Shown one piece after another: positions 1 to 12,177 of a DNA stretch of 64,000 bases (its first letter is position 1; each line of letters begins with the position of its first letter). The translations under genes were made by a program, and so were the position numbers. The DNA lies in the NCBI GenBank assembly GCA_965240325.2, contig OZ251225.1:1984001-2048000 (forward strand), in the 5' to 3' direction. The notes below the pieces were generated by a model that was not told the DNA's origin, did not search any database, and worked only from the letters and a program-made list of their open reading frames with translations. Source of the DNA: Rebecca billardiae RCC1528 (lineage: Eukaryota > Protista > Haptophyta).

Positions 1-449
1 CGCCCGGCGAGCAATCTGCCATCTGGCATCTGCAATGATACGGTCGGCGGCCGCCCCCTCACTACAGTCACAGACACGGAGATGACGCTCGGACGGACGG
101 CTGCTCATTGATGTCGGCACATGGAAGTATACACGGGTCGTGCGGCCACGACGCTCTGTGCGCCCATCTAGCCCTCACCCCGGGGCAGCGGGCCCCATCG
201 ACCCGCTCTGGGGGCGCCTGCCCTGCCTGCCTCGCCGCGGCACCTCCTACTGAGCTGCGCGGCTGGCGATGGTTCGGCCGGTGGTCGCGGCCTCAGCACC
301 GCCAGACAGAGCGAGCGTGTGGAGGCGCGGCAGCGGGAGGTACCCTGCGCGGAGGCGGCGGGTAGGCGCGGTGCGCAGGCGCAGCCCGGAGGCCGCGCGC
401 GCTGCGCGCCTGTCCGAGGGCGCAGCGGCGCCACCCGCTCCGCCCTGCC

Positions 450-962
450 TCATTGTAGCCGCTTGCGCTTCAGCATCGCCGCCGCACTCGCCGCGTTCGG
501 GGAGGGCTCGCACTCGCTCCAGCCGAACTTGTGCTTCTTGACGCAGCTGTCGAAGGCGCTGTCGGTCGCGTTGCGCCCCGCCTCGCTCAGGTGCCGCCGT
601 CCCCGCCCGGCAGATGGTCCGGCCTTGAGCCGCTTTGTCAGCTGCTGCACAATGTCGACCGTGCCCAGGCCCTCCCCGCGCAGTCGCGCAATCTCCTCCC
701 ACAGGAGGAGGGTGCGCTCAGCCTGGTCGGCTGTGAAGCCAGTGCGCTGCATCACCGGCTCGAGGCGCTCCATGCGCTCCCCTGCTGAGTGGCTCTCCGG
801 CTCGGCCGTGAGCAGGCGGTCGATGAGCGAGCACGATGCATCGCGCGCGTCGTACCCGTCGGCCTCGAGCAGCTTGAGCTGCTCGTGCCCTGCGCGGTCG
901 AAGAGGGCATGCGCCTGCTGGAGCGACGCCCCCTCGTCGCCCTCCACCTCGTCGTGCTGCAT
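450..962 (-). CDS. Hypothetical helical protein (170 aa)
   Basis: ATG-to-TGA ORF with protein-like composition (not the Ala/Arg/Pro noise of GC-rich shadow frames); basic C-terminus KRKR; no recognised domain. Confidence 0.55.
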   Translation of the reverse strand: MQHDEVEGDEGASLQQAHALFDRAGHEQLKLLEADGYDARDASCSLIDRLLTAEPESHSAGERMERLEPVMQRTGFTADQAERTLLLWEEIARLRGEGLGTVDIVQQLTKRLKAGPSAGRGRRHLSEAGRNATDSAFDSCVKKHKFGWSECEPSPNAASAAAMLKRKRLQ

Positions 963-1982
963 TGACTCCCACAGGCTGCCGGTGGGGGCTCCTCCGCGCC
1001 GGGTTGATGGCCGCCCTGGCCCGGTTGCTCCCTTGCCCCTTCACACAGCGTTGGGGCCCGCCTCTCCCCTGCGCGCCCTGGCTCTCGTGGCGGAGGGGCG
1101 AGCTGCGACTCACGAGCGTTGGTCGCTGGCGTCCGGCTCCTGACCACTCTCAACTCGGTCAGGACTCCGGGATTTGACGTCCGCGACTCCGACGATGCAT
1201 GACATTCTCCGCATGCGCCCCACGACACGGCTCGCTGCAGTCTTGGCGGTGCAGAGGAACCCACAGGAGATGCCCCGTTGGCGAGAGGCAGGCTGCACGG
1301 ATCAGCCTCGGTCGGCGTGCACCGAGCGGGTTGGCTGCCGACAAGAGCCCTGACAGACACGTATCATAAGCCATCATCGCAGAAACGCCGCCTAGTGGTA
1401 CGCCCGCCGCCACGGCACTCAGCCACTCTAGCGACGGCCTGTCGTTTCGGTGATGCCGCGGTCACGGTGCGACTAGTAGAGCTAAGAGCAGCGATGGACT
1501 CCTTTTGATCGAGGTACTCTCGCTCACCTAGTCGTCGTCGCGCAAGGCCGGCCGGTCGCAACGGCACTCTACGGCTCACCGTTAACGGAGTACGGACTGC
1601 GGTCACGGCGGGTGAGCCTGACGCGGGCCGACCGGCCGAGTACGGCGGTATCAAGTCGTAACACTGAGTGCCATGCTGAAACATGAAACAGCGCGGTGCC
1701 GCGGTACTCTCGCCTTGACTCATTACTGGCCGCTGACTCGGACTGAGTGAGTAAGAGTTTAGGGCGCACGTGCCGCACGGCCTGCTTCCACGGGCACGGT
1801 GACGGTCTGTCCACTCGGCCACTGAGTACTCACTCCTGCCACTCGCCAGCCCCGCCCGCCGCCCGCCGGCCCGCCCGCCGCCGTCTCAGTCTACAGTGCG
1901 CGCGCCTCGAAGCAGCGCGCAGGTGCGAGCGGCGCGTCCGCTGTCTGTCTGCTGACGCCCATCAGAACCAGCAGTGTGCTCA

Positions 1983-4900
1983 TCACCTCTTGAGCATGCT
2001 CGTCATCTTGGCCCAGTTGTGCGACCACATCTCTTCCTCCCTGAGCAGTGCGTGGCACGTGCTCGCCATCGCGCGCACCGTCTCGTGGTAGTGCGTGCGC
2101 ATCGTTGCGTACACGCGGTCGCGGCTCGCGATGGTCGAGCGGTGCGCGGGCGTGAGGAACGTGCTGAGCACGGCGGGCGGCGGCGGCGCGCCCCCGGCCG
2201 CCGGTGGCGGCGCGGCCTCCGCGGCGGGGGCGGCCTCCGCGCCGCCGACGCCGGCCGCCTCGGCAGTCAGCTCGTCAATAGGCAGCAGAGGCCACTCCTT
2301 GAGCGCGAACTTGCGGCCGGGCGGCGGCGCGGGCATGTTGTGTGCCGACTGCTGGATGAGCTCCTCGACGAGCTTCACGCGCAGCGCCTTGCGCTTCGCC
2401 TCGGGCGGCTCGTCCGGGAGCACCAGGTCGGGCGAGAAGGCGAAGTTGTCGAAGATGGTCGAGAGCACGCGCGTCACGTGCTGCAGCCGCGCGACGCACG
2501 CCGCCGCGTGCGCCGTCTCCCCTGCGAGCAGCGCGGCCTGGTGGGGGCGCAAGGGGGGCGCGGTGGGCAGGGGGAAGGGGTTGGGCCGAGGCGGTGAGCG
2601 AGTGCGGCCGATGCTGCCCGGCCCGCCGCCCACGCGCGCGGCGCAGAGCACACCGCCGCGTGAAGGGGGGCGGGGAGAACGGGCGGGCCACCCGGGCGGC
2701 ACGCGGCGCGCCGCCGCTCACCTGCAGCGTGCGCGCCGCGGCGGTGGCCGTCTGTAGCCTGTCCGCCTCGGCGGCCTCGAGTGCGTCGAGCTCGGCGCGC
2801 CGGTTGGGGTTGGAGAGCGCGGGCTTGAGCGAGGCCTCGTGCACGCGCCGCCGCTTCGCGAGGTCCGCGTGCCGCGCGTCGTACGCCTTCTTGAGCGCGC
2901 TCGAGTCTGCGCGCGCCCGCGCCTCCGCCACCGCGCGCGTCTCGTCCAGCGCCGACGCGGCCAACGCGGGGAGAATAGTTTCCAGCTCAAACAGCCGGGA
3001 GCGGAAGCGGCGGTTCTTCTCGCGGCTGCGCGCCAAGGGGCAGGGGCGTGCGTGCGCGCGTGCGTGCGCGCGTGGGTTGTGAGCGCGCGCGAATGCACAG
3101 CCAGCCGACCGGTCTGAGAGCGAGGCGCGTGGAGGCGCGCGCAGCGGCGCCGCGCGCGCGTGGGGAGCGGGCTCGGCGCCGCGCGCCGCGCGCCGCGCGC
3201 ACCGGTGCGCGGTCGCCTTGGCCGTGAACTGCGCGAGCAGCTTGGCGACGCGCTCCATCGCCTCCTCCATCGTGGGCGCAATCTCGGTGGGGCGCGTGGG
3301 CTCCCGCTCGCCCTTCTGCTGGTAGTACGCCGTATACAGCGCCTGGGCGGAGGCCGCGCGGGCAGAGCCCAAGCGCAAGTTGCCAAGGCAGGGGGCGCGG
3401 CGCGCGCGCGTGTCAGGCCGGGCGGCGGCGCGCGCAGGCCGAGTGGGTGCCGGCCGGCGTGAGCGGGGCGTGCGCCGGGCGGCCGGCGTTCGCTGCCCGG
3501 CCGCCCGCGCCGCGGAGGCTCGCGGCCGCGAGCGGGCGACGACGGCGTGGCGCGAGTCCAGGCGCGCGCCCCCCGCGCGCCGCCCCCATCAACCCGGCAC
3601 AGCGATGTGCGCGCGCCGCGCGCGCCGCGCGCGCCGCGCGCGCCGCGCCCGGCCAAGTCTCACCTTGAGCTGCTCGTGCGTGCGCGCTCGCGCGGCCTCG
3701 ATCAGCGCGATCAGCGCGTTCGGGTCGGCCCCTGGGTTCCCCGGCCCGGCGGTCGCGCCGCCCGCTGGCTCAGCCGCGCCGCCCGCCGCGCCCTTGCCTG
3801 CCGCCCCTTTCTTCTCCGCCGGCGGCGCGGCCTTGGCCGGCGGCGCGGCCGCCGCGGCCGCCGCGGCCGGCGCGCCCGCGCCGGCGGCCGGCTCGAGCGG
3901 CACGTCGAGCTCGACGTCGGGGATCGCCGAGTCGAGGATCTCGAGGTGGCGCGCGCGGCGCACCAGCCGCGCGCGCAGCTCCTCGAGCGTGCTCAGCAGC
4001 TTGGCCAGATTGCGATCTCGCTCGTCGACGGGCGTGCGCGGGTCGTGCGCGCTCACGCGCTTGTGCAGCGAGCTCAGCCTTCGCATCAGATCGGCGAGGG
4101 TGTCCTCCTCGAGCTGCGAGGAGGTGAACTCGGAGCGCATCACCGCCGCGCCGGCGGAGTGCGCGCCCTTCGCCGCCTCGATCAGCCCCACGTCCTCCTT
4201 GTTCACGCGGAACGCCTCGGCGAACGACGCCTGCGCGCCTTCCAGCTGCGCTAGCAACTCGGCGGCTATCTCGTCGATCCGCGCGTGCTCGGCGCCGTGG
4301 CACGCCTGCGCGTGGGCGTTGAGCTGGTCGAGGCGCGCCTGGAACTGCGCGATCTCGTCCGGGTGGTACTGCCCGCCCTCGTCCCACGGCTTGAGCGTCG
4401 CGCTGAACGCCGCGTTCAGATGCGTCACCTGCTCGAGCGACGCTCTGGACAGCTCGCGGAGCGCCGCGACTTGGTCGGTTGAGACCAGTCGTCGGAACGA
4501 GGCGGCGACCGCCTCCGCGTCGCGGCGCAGCCGCTCGATGGTGGCCATGTGCGAGTTCTTCGGGTGGCGCAGCTCGAGCTCGCGCCGCTGCATCTCCGAG
4601 ACGAAGCTGCCCAGCGCCTCGCGCGCACCGCGCACCGCCGTCTCAAAGTCGTTACGCAGCGCGCCGTTTCGCTTGGCGATGTAGCGCGCGTGCCGGCCGA
4701 ACCGCTCGCGGTGCGAGTAGAGTTCGTCCAAGCGTTGGTTGCGCACGTCGAGCTCGAGCCGGCCGGCGCGCGGGCGGTGCGCGAGGAGGCGCTCGTCCAG
4801 CTCCGTCCGCACCGCGCGGAACAGCTGCCCCACCTCGTCCTCCGCCACGCCCTCGAGCTCGTGCGTGCGCTGCTCGTGGTGAGACGTCGCGATCCGCGCG

Positions 4901-7787
4901 AGGTGGCGACGCAATCCGTGGAGCCGGTCAGCATCCAACTCGACGGGCGCGAGCGCGGCCGAGCCGTCGGTGTCGAGCGGCGGGATGGCGGAGGGCGCGT
5001 CGAGGCCCTCGGGTAGCGCCTCCGCGATCGCGTGCGCCGTGCGCTCCGCCGCCTCCGCCGGGTCGCTGATCTCGTCGTCGACATCCGAGCCGGCGTCCGC
5101 GTCCGCGTCCGCGTCCGCCGCGTCGGCCGACCCGACACGCCCGCCCTCGCCCTCGGCGGCGGCGGCGGGCGCCTCCGCCGCGGGCGCGCCGGTGAGCAGC
5201 GCCATCATCGCGCGGCGCGAGGCCTCCGCCTTCGCCGCCTCCGACTCCTTCTCCGTCGCGATCGCGCGCGTCTCCGCCGGCGTGAGCAGCCGGTACTCCA
5301 CGCCGCGCGCCGAGACGACGCGGAGCAGCGCGGCCGCGTTGGCGCCTTCGACGTAGGACTCCCCGCGGGCCTCTGCGCCGAGGATCTTCTCGGCCTTCCA
5401 CTCGAGGGGGAAGACGGTGCCGAAGGTGGGCTGTGTCGCCTCGTTCTCGTCCTCCGCCGCCTCCTCCTCCTCCTCCTCCTCCTCCTCCTCCTCCTCCGCG
5501 TCCGCGTCCGCGGCCGCGCCGCCGTCGGCCGCCGCGCCCTCCCCTGCCTCGCTGCCGCCCGCCTCCGAGCCACGTTCGGACGGCGGGCGCGAGCCGCCGC
5601 GCTTCGAGCGGCCGAGCTGCTGCCGGCGCTGCCGCCACTCGTTGTACTCCTCCGCCTTCACCAGCCCGATCCGCTTGTGCAGCGCCGTGCCGAACCGCTC
5701 GAGCTCGTCCGACACGTTCCCCGGGTGCGCCGTGAGTACCGCGGTCGTGCGGCGCGTGAACTGGATATACCCGTTTTCTACTTGCTTGAGTAGCTGGAGC
5801 GCCTTCTGCAGCGAGGCGGCGGCGCCGGCGTCGGAGGCGTCCTGCCGCAGCGCGAGCACGGTCTGGTCGAGCTGCGCCTCGAGCGCGCGGTCCGACTCCT
5901 CGTGCGCCGCGCGCGCGTCGTGCAGCGCCGACCGGAAGTTTCCGAAAAGTTCCTTGGCGTGCGCGTCGTGCTCGTCAAACGCCGCGCCGACGTCTCGGAA
6001 CAGAGCGATCGTCTGCAGCGCGCGCTCGTGCAGCGAGAGGAGCTGCGCGCCGAGCGCGTCCTCGACGCGGCCGATCATCGCCTCCGCGTCCGCGCGCCGC
6101 GCCGCCGCGAGCGGCTCCGCCTGCGCCGCCACCACCGCGCCCACCGCCTCGGCGTCGCCGATGTGGCCAAAGTGTTCAAGCCGCTCGCGCAGGCTGTGCA
6201 GCTGGTGTGCCACGCGCTGCTCTGTGCGCGCCTCCGCGTCGCGCAGCGCGGCGAGCGCGCTCGAGTGCATCTGCACCTCGCGCATCGTGAGCGCGGCCGC
6301 CTCCGCCGCCTTCGCGTCGCCCAGCGCCGCCGAGAGCGTGCGCTCCTCCACCGCGCCCAGCGACTCGAGCAGCCCCATGCGCTCCGCGCCGAACCGCTCC
6401 TGTTCGGCGCGCAGCTCTGCGAGGACCGCGCGCCGCTCGTCCGGGCAGACGAGCTCGGGCGCGGTGACGAAGGCCTTGAAGAGCTGGAGCGCGTGCTCGT
6501 GCCGCGCGCGGCGCCACGCCGCGAGCCGCCCCTTGTACAGCGCCTCGTGCTCGCGCTGCCGCGACACCTCGGCGATTCGGAGCTTGGCGATCAAATCTGC
6601 ATGCACCGCCTTGTTGGAGATGATCAGAAAGTTGATCTCGGCCGTCATCTTCTCGAGCTCGCGCTCGAGCTCGTTGGGCAGCATGTGGCCGATCTCGACG
6701 CACGCGTCCATCAGCTGGCACAGCTCGATGTGCGCCGCCTGCCGCCGCTCCGCCTCCGTGTCGTCCAGCTCGCTCTCGAACTCGGCGATCCACGTCGCGC
6801 GCCTCGGCCCCTGCGCTTCGATAGACTCGCCGATAGACTCGATGTCCTCGAGCTCGAGCCGGGTGAGGAAGTCGTCGTTGAGCTCCTCGAAGAAGGACTC
6901 GATCTCTGCGCGCGCGGCGGCGGCACGGCGCGCGCGCGCGGGACCGCCGCGGCCCGGTGAGCGAGCGAGCCATCGACCGCGCGGCCGCGCGAACGCTCGG
7001 TGTTTGCACGTGCGAACACCGCGCGCCGGAGCAGCAGCGGCTCGCGCGCGCAGCGAGCGCACACACCCGAGTCGTTGAGCGCCATGAGCTGCTTGAACGA
7101 GCGCGCGGACTGCGCGGTGCGCAGCTCGATCTCGACGCTCAGGTACCCCTTCCGCTTGTTGTACACCTCGATCGCCTGCTCCTGCCGCTCCTTGCGCGAC
7201 AGGCGCATCTCCTCGATGCCGACGCCTCCGGTCGTGGAGACGCTGAGTCGCGGGATCGTCGGCAGCGTGCGCACCTCGCCGGAGCCGACCTCGCGCTCCG
7301 TGGGCTGCGCGGGCGCCGAGCGGATGCTGCGCGGGCGCCGAGCGGCGAGGCGCGGGCGGCGGCGAGGGGGGCGGGGAGATCAGGACGAGCGCGCGCGCGA
7401 GGGCGCGGCGCTGCCGTGCGATCGCTCGGTGCCGTGAGCCACGAGCACGCCGCGCGCGTACTCCGCGAGGAGGGCTGGATTGGTCGGCGCAGCGAGCTCG
7501 CGCTTCGAAGGGAGCCGGCTGCTCACGCGCGGCTTGCGCAGGGTTTGCAGCAGCCCGGTCTCGGCGCTGAACGCGTTGGCGAGCGTCTGCCGCATCATCG
7601 GCCCCGGGTTTGCCGGCGTCGTGCTGAGCAGCGCGTCGACGCGGTCCGCTGTCGTCGTGCCGCCGAGCTCGGCACGCATCGCGGCGAGGTCGGCGCCGGC
7701 ATCCACGCCGGCACTATCGTACCCGCCGCCCTCCACCCACCGAGGCGGCTCCTCCTTCACGGCCTCCATGGTGGCCATGGAGGCCAT
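1983..7787 (-). CDS. CCDC180: CCDC180/CFAP76-like ciliary coiled-coil protein (DUF4455 + DUF4456-like), 6 exons
   Basis: Hand-spliced exons 7787-7462, 7326-7067, 6905-3664, 3342-3203, 3025-2722, 2537-1983; all introns GT..AG and frame preserved. Motifs LKPALSNPNRRAELDALE and C-terminal TPAHRSTIASRDRVY...WSHNW resemble the CCDC180 DUF4456 region and C-terminus as recalled. Confidence 0.75.
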
Positions 7788-7896
7788 TGTGATCGCTCCC
7801 GGGAAACGGCCGCACCGGACCCAGCGGCAGGGGGGCCTCACCACCCGTCCGGGCGGGAGACGCACAAGAAATGCATGATGCAACGTGCCGGCCCTA

Positions 7897-8501
7897 TGGA
7901 GCGCTCGTTGGAACTTGACGCCGGTTTGGCGCCCGCGCGGCGAGGGCGACGACGGGCGTACACGGGGCCCGCGGCGGCGGGAAGCGCGCGAGCGCGGCCG
8001 AGAACGGCACGGTCCGGACGCCTCTCGCCAGCCGCGGACGCGCACCGCGCCTCCTCCTCGCACGCTGCTAACTTGATCCGGGTTGAACGGTGGTTTTGCT
8101 GCCGACCAGCTCAAGTTCCACGGCTGGTCAAGGTTCGGCTTGCGACCTCGCCGCTGGTGCTTGCAAGAAGGTACACGAGTTGGTCGAACTCCCACGCACC
8201 CGCTCTGCGCTCGTCGACGCCCTCTGAAGGTGACTCGGGGTGCATGCCGGGCAGTGGAATGCAGTGGTTCGGCGTTGCCTCTCAGTCGTCCAGCGCGTAG
8301 GCCATGTAGCGCGGGTGTGGTGCGCGCATGGCCCGGTAATTCGGTCGCGGCATGTCTGTCTGGGCTGCCCAAGGCCTGCCGCACCGCAAAGCGAGCGCTC
8401 AGGAGCGTGTGCCGACCGTGCCAGCCCCGCCGAGATGGGGCACTTCGCTGGGAAATGCGGTGTCAAGTTCCAAGCCCCGCCAAGTTCCAACGAGCGCTCC
8501 A
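7897..8501. mobile_element. MITE with 21-bp perfect TIRs and TA flanks (Tc1/mariner-like)
   Basis: TGGAGCGCTCGTTGGAACTTG at 7897-7917 and its reverse complement at 8481-8501; TA on both sides (7895-96, 8502-03); extra internal CAAGTTCCA motifs; no transposase. Confidence 0.8.
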
Positions 8502-8646
8502 TACAGTTTATTTGTTTTAACGTGCGTACTGTAAGGCTCACGGTGGCAGGTTGCCGCGCCATCCTTCATCGCACGCTCTCCGAAACCGCTAGGTCTGCTA
8601 GACTGCTTTTCTGCTACGTAACTCGTAAGACAATGGCGCATGATCC

Positions 8647-10677
8647 TCAGAATGATGATGGGCCATGGACCATTGCAGTCGTTGCGGTCGCAGCAGCAGC
8701 CGAGCCGTTCCTTGCGCCGGCGCCGGCCGCACCGCCCCATCTCTCCACGTACGCCGCCTCGTCCGTGAGCTGCGTGCGCGGGTCGACGGTCGCCGTCATC
8801 AGCCGCGCTCCGCGCTCGTACCCGAAACGGTGCACGCACGCCGGCAGGGCGGAGGCCGGGATGTGGTCGCACCCCTCGTCGAGCTTGAGCGTGGGCGAGC
8901 CCGGCCCGGCGGTGCGCAGCTCGCTACGCCTGCACTGCACGCGCTCGCACGGCACCAGCCGGACGCCGTCGAACGCCGACGCCTCCACAACCTCCCCGTC
9001 ACCCACCGCGCGCGCGCTCCAGCCGGCCGGCAGCCTCAGGGGCGGTAGACTCGCGTCGTGCGCGCGCGCGCGCGCGGGGATCGGGAGCCAGATGGCGGCG
9101 AGCAGTTGTAGTACGCGCTGCTCGGAGGGCGGATCGCCCCCATCGGCTGGGTCGGCGCCAGTCTCACCGCCGCCTTGGCCGCCTGACCCATCCGCGAGGT
9201 GGCCGGTGCGGTCGTGAGAGCGCGCGCCGCCGCTGTCGCTGCCGCCATCGCCGCCCGCGCCCGCGCCACCGCCACCGCCACCGCCACCGCCACCGCCGCC
9301 GCCGCCGCCGCCTACCGCGGCCCGCCCCGCTGTGCCCACCACGACGCGCACGCACTGCTCTCGCGAGATCAGATCGAGCGAGCGCGCGATCGGCGGCTCG
9401 GAGCCGCCGTCCGCCGACCGCTTGCGACAGCTCGGCACCCATCGCCGCCACATGAAGCGGTCAGCAGGCGGCGGCCCACCAGCGAACGCGCGCCGCGCCT
9501 TGCGAGGCGGCATCTGCGCCACGGCCGCGCGGTCCGCCGCGCTCGCCGCGTCGAACGCGGCCTCGGCGGCGGCGAAGGCCGGCTCGCTCGCGCGCACCTC
9601 GCGCAGCTCGGCGTCGAGCCGCGCCGCCGCGAGCGCGTGCACGCGCGCGTCCACGCGTGTCTGTGCGCGCAGCTGCTGTAGCTCGGCCGCGGGGAGCGAG
9701 CGCAGCTGCCGCCGGGCGCGCGCGTACGCGGCCGCCTGCGCGGGCGTGAGGTCGCGCTCCGCCTCGGCGCGCGAGTTGAGCCGCGCGTAGTGCAGCTGCG
9801 CGAGCGGCAGGCCGGCGGCGCGCGCGATCAGCCGCACGCTCTCGTCGAAGCGCTCGGTCACGCCGACCACGTCGTAATCGGCGCGGAGCGAGGCCAGCAG
9901 CGAGGCCGCCTGCATTTCGCTCAGCTGGGTTTTCGAATTAAATCCGGTCGGATAGCCGAGGAGCTCCTGCGACTGCCGGTCGACGCCGAGCCACTGCGGG
10001 ACGGTCTGGTTGTGCGCGGGGTGGCGCGGGTGCATCGCCACCTCGTAGTTGAAGTCGGACACGGCGAAGGCGAGCGGCTCCCGCACGAGCGTGGCCAACA
10101 CGACGGCGCAGCCGAGGGGCCGGAGCGCGCGCCGGAGCGCGCGGATCGACGGCAGGATGGCCTCGGGGAACGCGCTGTGCGTGCTGGTGTGGAAGGTGGA
10201 GAAGGCGCGCGGGTGGGCGCGCGCGTACGCCCGAGGGTCGGCGAGCACCTCCGCGACGAACGCGAGCCACTCGAAGCGCGTCGTCTGCATCGACGCCGTC
10301 GCAAACGCCGCGCGCCACTCGGTGCGCCTCTGCACGTCGAGCATCAGCCGGGAGAAGGATTCGCCGCCCGTCTTGGCGATGTGCCGGAAGAGGAGGAGCG
10401 AGCAGTTCCCCGGCGGCGGCGCGCCGAGCGTGGCGTTGGCGCGCCGACGCGGGGGAGTGCCGCGGGCGACTGCAGCCGCCGGCCCGATGTCGCGCGGCGC
10501 GCGTGAGAGCCCGCCGCGCACCTCCCCGGGCCTCGCGCCGGCGCCCTCAAAGCTGCGCACGTCGAGCGCGCCGATCCAGCCGACGAGACGGATAAAAACG
10601 ATCGCGACGCTGCACCCCAGCACCACGGCCACACTCCACCTCATCTCTCCCCTCGAGCGCGGCTGGCCGTCCGCCAT
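8647..10677 (-). CDS. Type II membrane sulfotransferase-family protein
   Basis: N-terminal TM (WSVAVVLGCSVAIVFI), 5'-PSB-like LLFRHIAKTGGES, 3'-PB-like LATLVREPLAFAVSDFNY, and YDVVGVTERFDES. Confidence 0.75.
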   Translation of the reverse strand: MADGQPRSRGEMRWSVAVVLGCSVAIVFIRLVGWIGALDVRSFEGAGARPGEVRGGLSRAPRDIGPAAAVARGTPPRRRANATLGAPPPGNCSLLLFRHIAKTGGESFSRLMLDVQRRTEWRAAFATASMQTTRFEWLAFVAEVLADPRAYARAHPRAFSTFHTSTHSAFPEAILPSIRALRRALRPLGCAVVLATLVREPLAFAVSDFNYEVAMHPRHPAHNQTVPQWLGVDRQSQELLGYPTGFNSKTQLSEMQAASLLASLRADYDVVGVTERFDESVRLIARAAGLPLAQLHYARLNSRAEAERDLTPAQAAAYARARRQLRSLPAAELQQLRAQTRVDARVHALAAARLDAELREVRASEPAFAAAEAAFDAASAADRAAVAQMPPRKARRAFAGGPPPADRFMWRRWVPSCRKRSADGGSEPPIARSLDLISREQCVRVVVGTAGRAAVGGGGGGGGGGGGGGGGAGAGGDGGSDSGGARSHDRTGHLADGSGGQGGGETGADPADGGDPPSEQRVLQLLAAIWLPIPARARAHDASLPPLRLPAGWSARAVGDGEVVEASAFDGVRLVPCERVQCRRSELRTAGPGSPTLKLDEGCDHIPASALPACVHRFGYERGARLMTATVDPRTQLTDEAAYVERWGGAAGAGARNGSAAAATATTAMVHGPSSF

Positions 10678-10748
10678 TGCTCGCGCAGCGGAAAGCCGTT
10701 GCAGCCTTGCAGGTCCACGGGCTGGCCGGCGAGCGCGGCAAGCGCGCC

Positions 10749-12144
10749 ATGCTGTCATGGGAGACGCTGACATCGAACCGCTGGTCGCCGAGCCCGCGCC
10801 AGGGCCACACGAGCGCGTATGAGGAGACCGAGCGCCAGCGCTCCGTCTACGTCTTCGGCGGCATCGGCGTCGGCATGCTCAGCGAGCTCGCGCGTCTCGA
10901 CCTGAAGCACATGCGCTGGGAGCGCGTGCCTCTCGTCCCGACGTCCAAGGCGGTGCAGCCGATCGCGCCGCGCGCGTTCCACGCGTCCGCCGTGGTGGAC
11001 GGGTACATGTACATCTTCGGCGGCGCGGGCGAGCGCCCAGGCCAGGTGCTCGGCGACACGTGGGAGATCCACCTCGGTGCGAGCCGCCGGCGCCGGCGCC
11101 GAGCGAGCGCCGTCGCCGCGCGCGCCGCGCGCGCGCGCCCTGCCGCCGCGCCCGCCGAGGGCGTGCACCGTGCACCGCGCGCCGCGTGCACTCACGAGGC
11201 ACGCGCGCCCGTATCGCGGCGCACCGCGCCCGCGCGCACCGCGCCCGCAGAGACCGGCCGCCTCGTGAGCATCACCGCGGCGGACGGCGCGCCGCCGGTG
11301 CGCCGCGGGCACAGCGCCAGCGCTGGGCTTGGCGGTCTGGTCTTCGTGCTGGGCGGCTCGCGCTCGCTCGACCCGGCGGATCTGTACACGGGTGACGAGG
11401 TGGCGTACGTCTTCTCCGCGCGCGAGCGCCGCTGGCGCGACGCGCGCTGGCTCCTCGACGGCGCGCGCGCGTCTGAGGATGTTCACGGCGTGGGCGCGGG
11501 CGCGGGGCTGCTGGAGCGCCATGCGCATTCGGCGTCGATCATCTCGCCCGAGCGGGTGCTGCTGTTCGGCGGGTGCACGGCGCGGGGCGGGCTGGACGGG
11601 GACAATGCGAGCGTCGTGCTGCACCTGCGCACCGGCGACTGCCGCGTCCTCGCGTGCACAGGCGCGCCGCCGCCGCCTCGCCACAGCCACGCGGCCGCGG
11701 TCGTCGGGAGCTATCTCGTGATCAGCGGCGGCAAGACGACCGCACGGGTGTTTTCTGATATTCACCTGCTCGAGCCGAGCCGGCAGGAGTGGAGCCGGCC
11801 GGCGCTCACGCGCGGGCCGGCGGAGCTGGGCGCGCGGTACGGCCACGCCGCCGTCGGCGCCGCGGACCGCGTCGTCGTGTTTGGCGGCGTCGACGGCGCG
11901 GGCGTGTTCGCGCCGAATGGAATGAGTTTTTTATTCGGTCCGGCGCTGAGCGTGAGTGCAGAGAGAACGGTGGTGCGCAAGGCGGGGAGCGCGCGGAACA
12001 CGGCGCCGCCGTTCCCCGCGCTGCGCGACGGCCCGCCGCGCGGCGCCGCGCGCGACGCCGCCGCCGAGACCGCCGCCTCGCTCCACGCCGCCGGCCGCAC
12101 TGCCGGCGCGGCCGACGGCCGGAGTGGCAGCGCGCGATCTAAGC

Positions 12145-12177
<33 letters not shown>

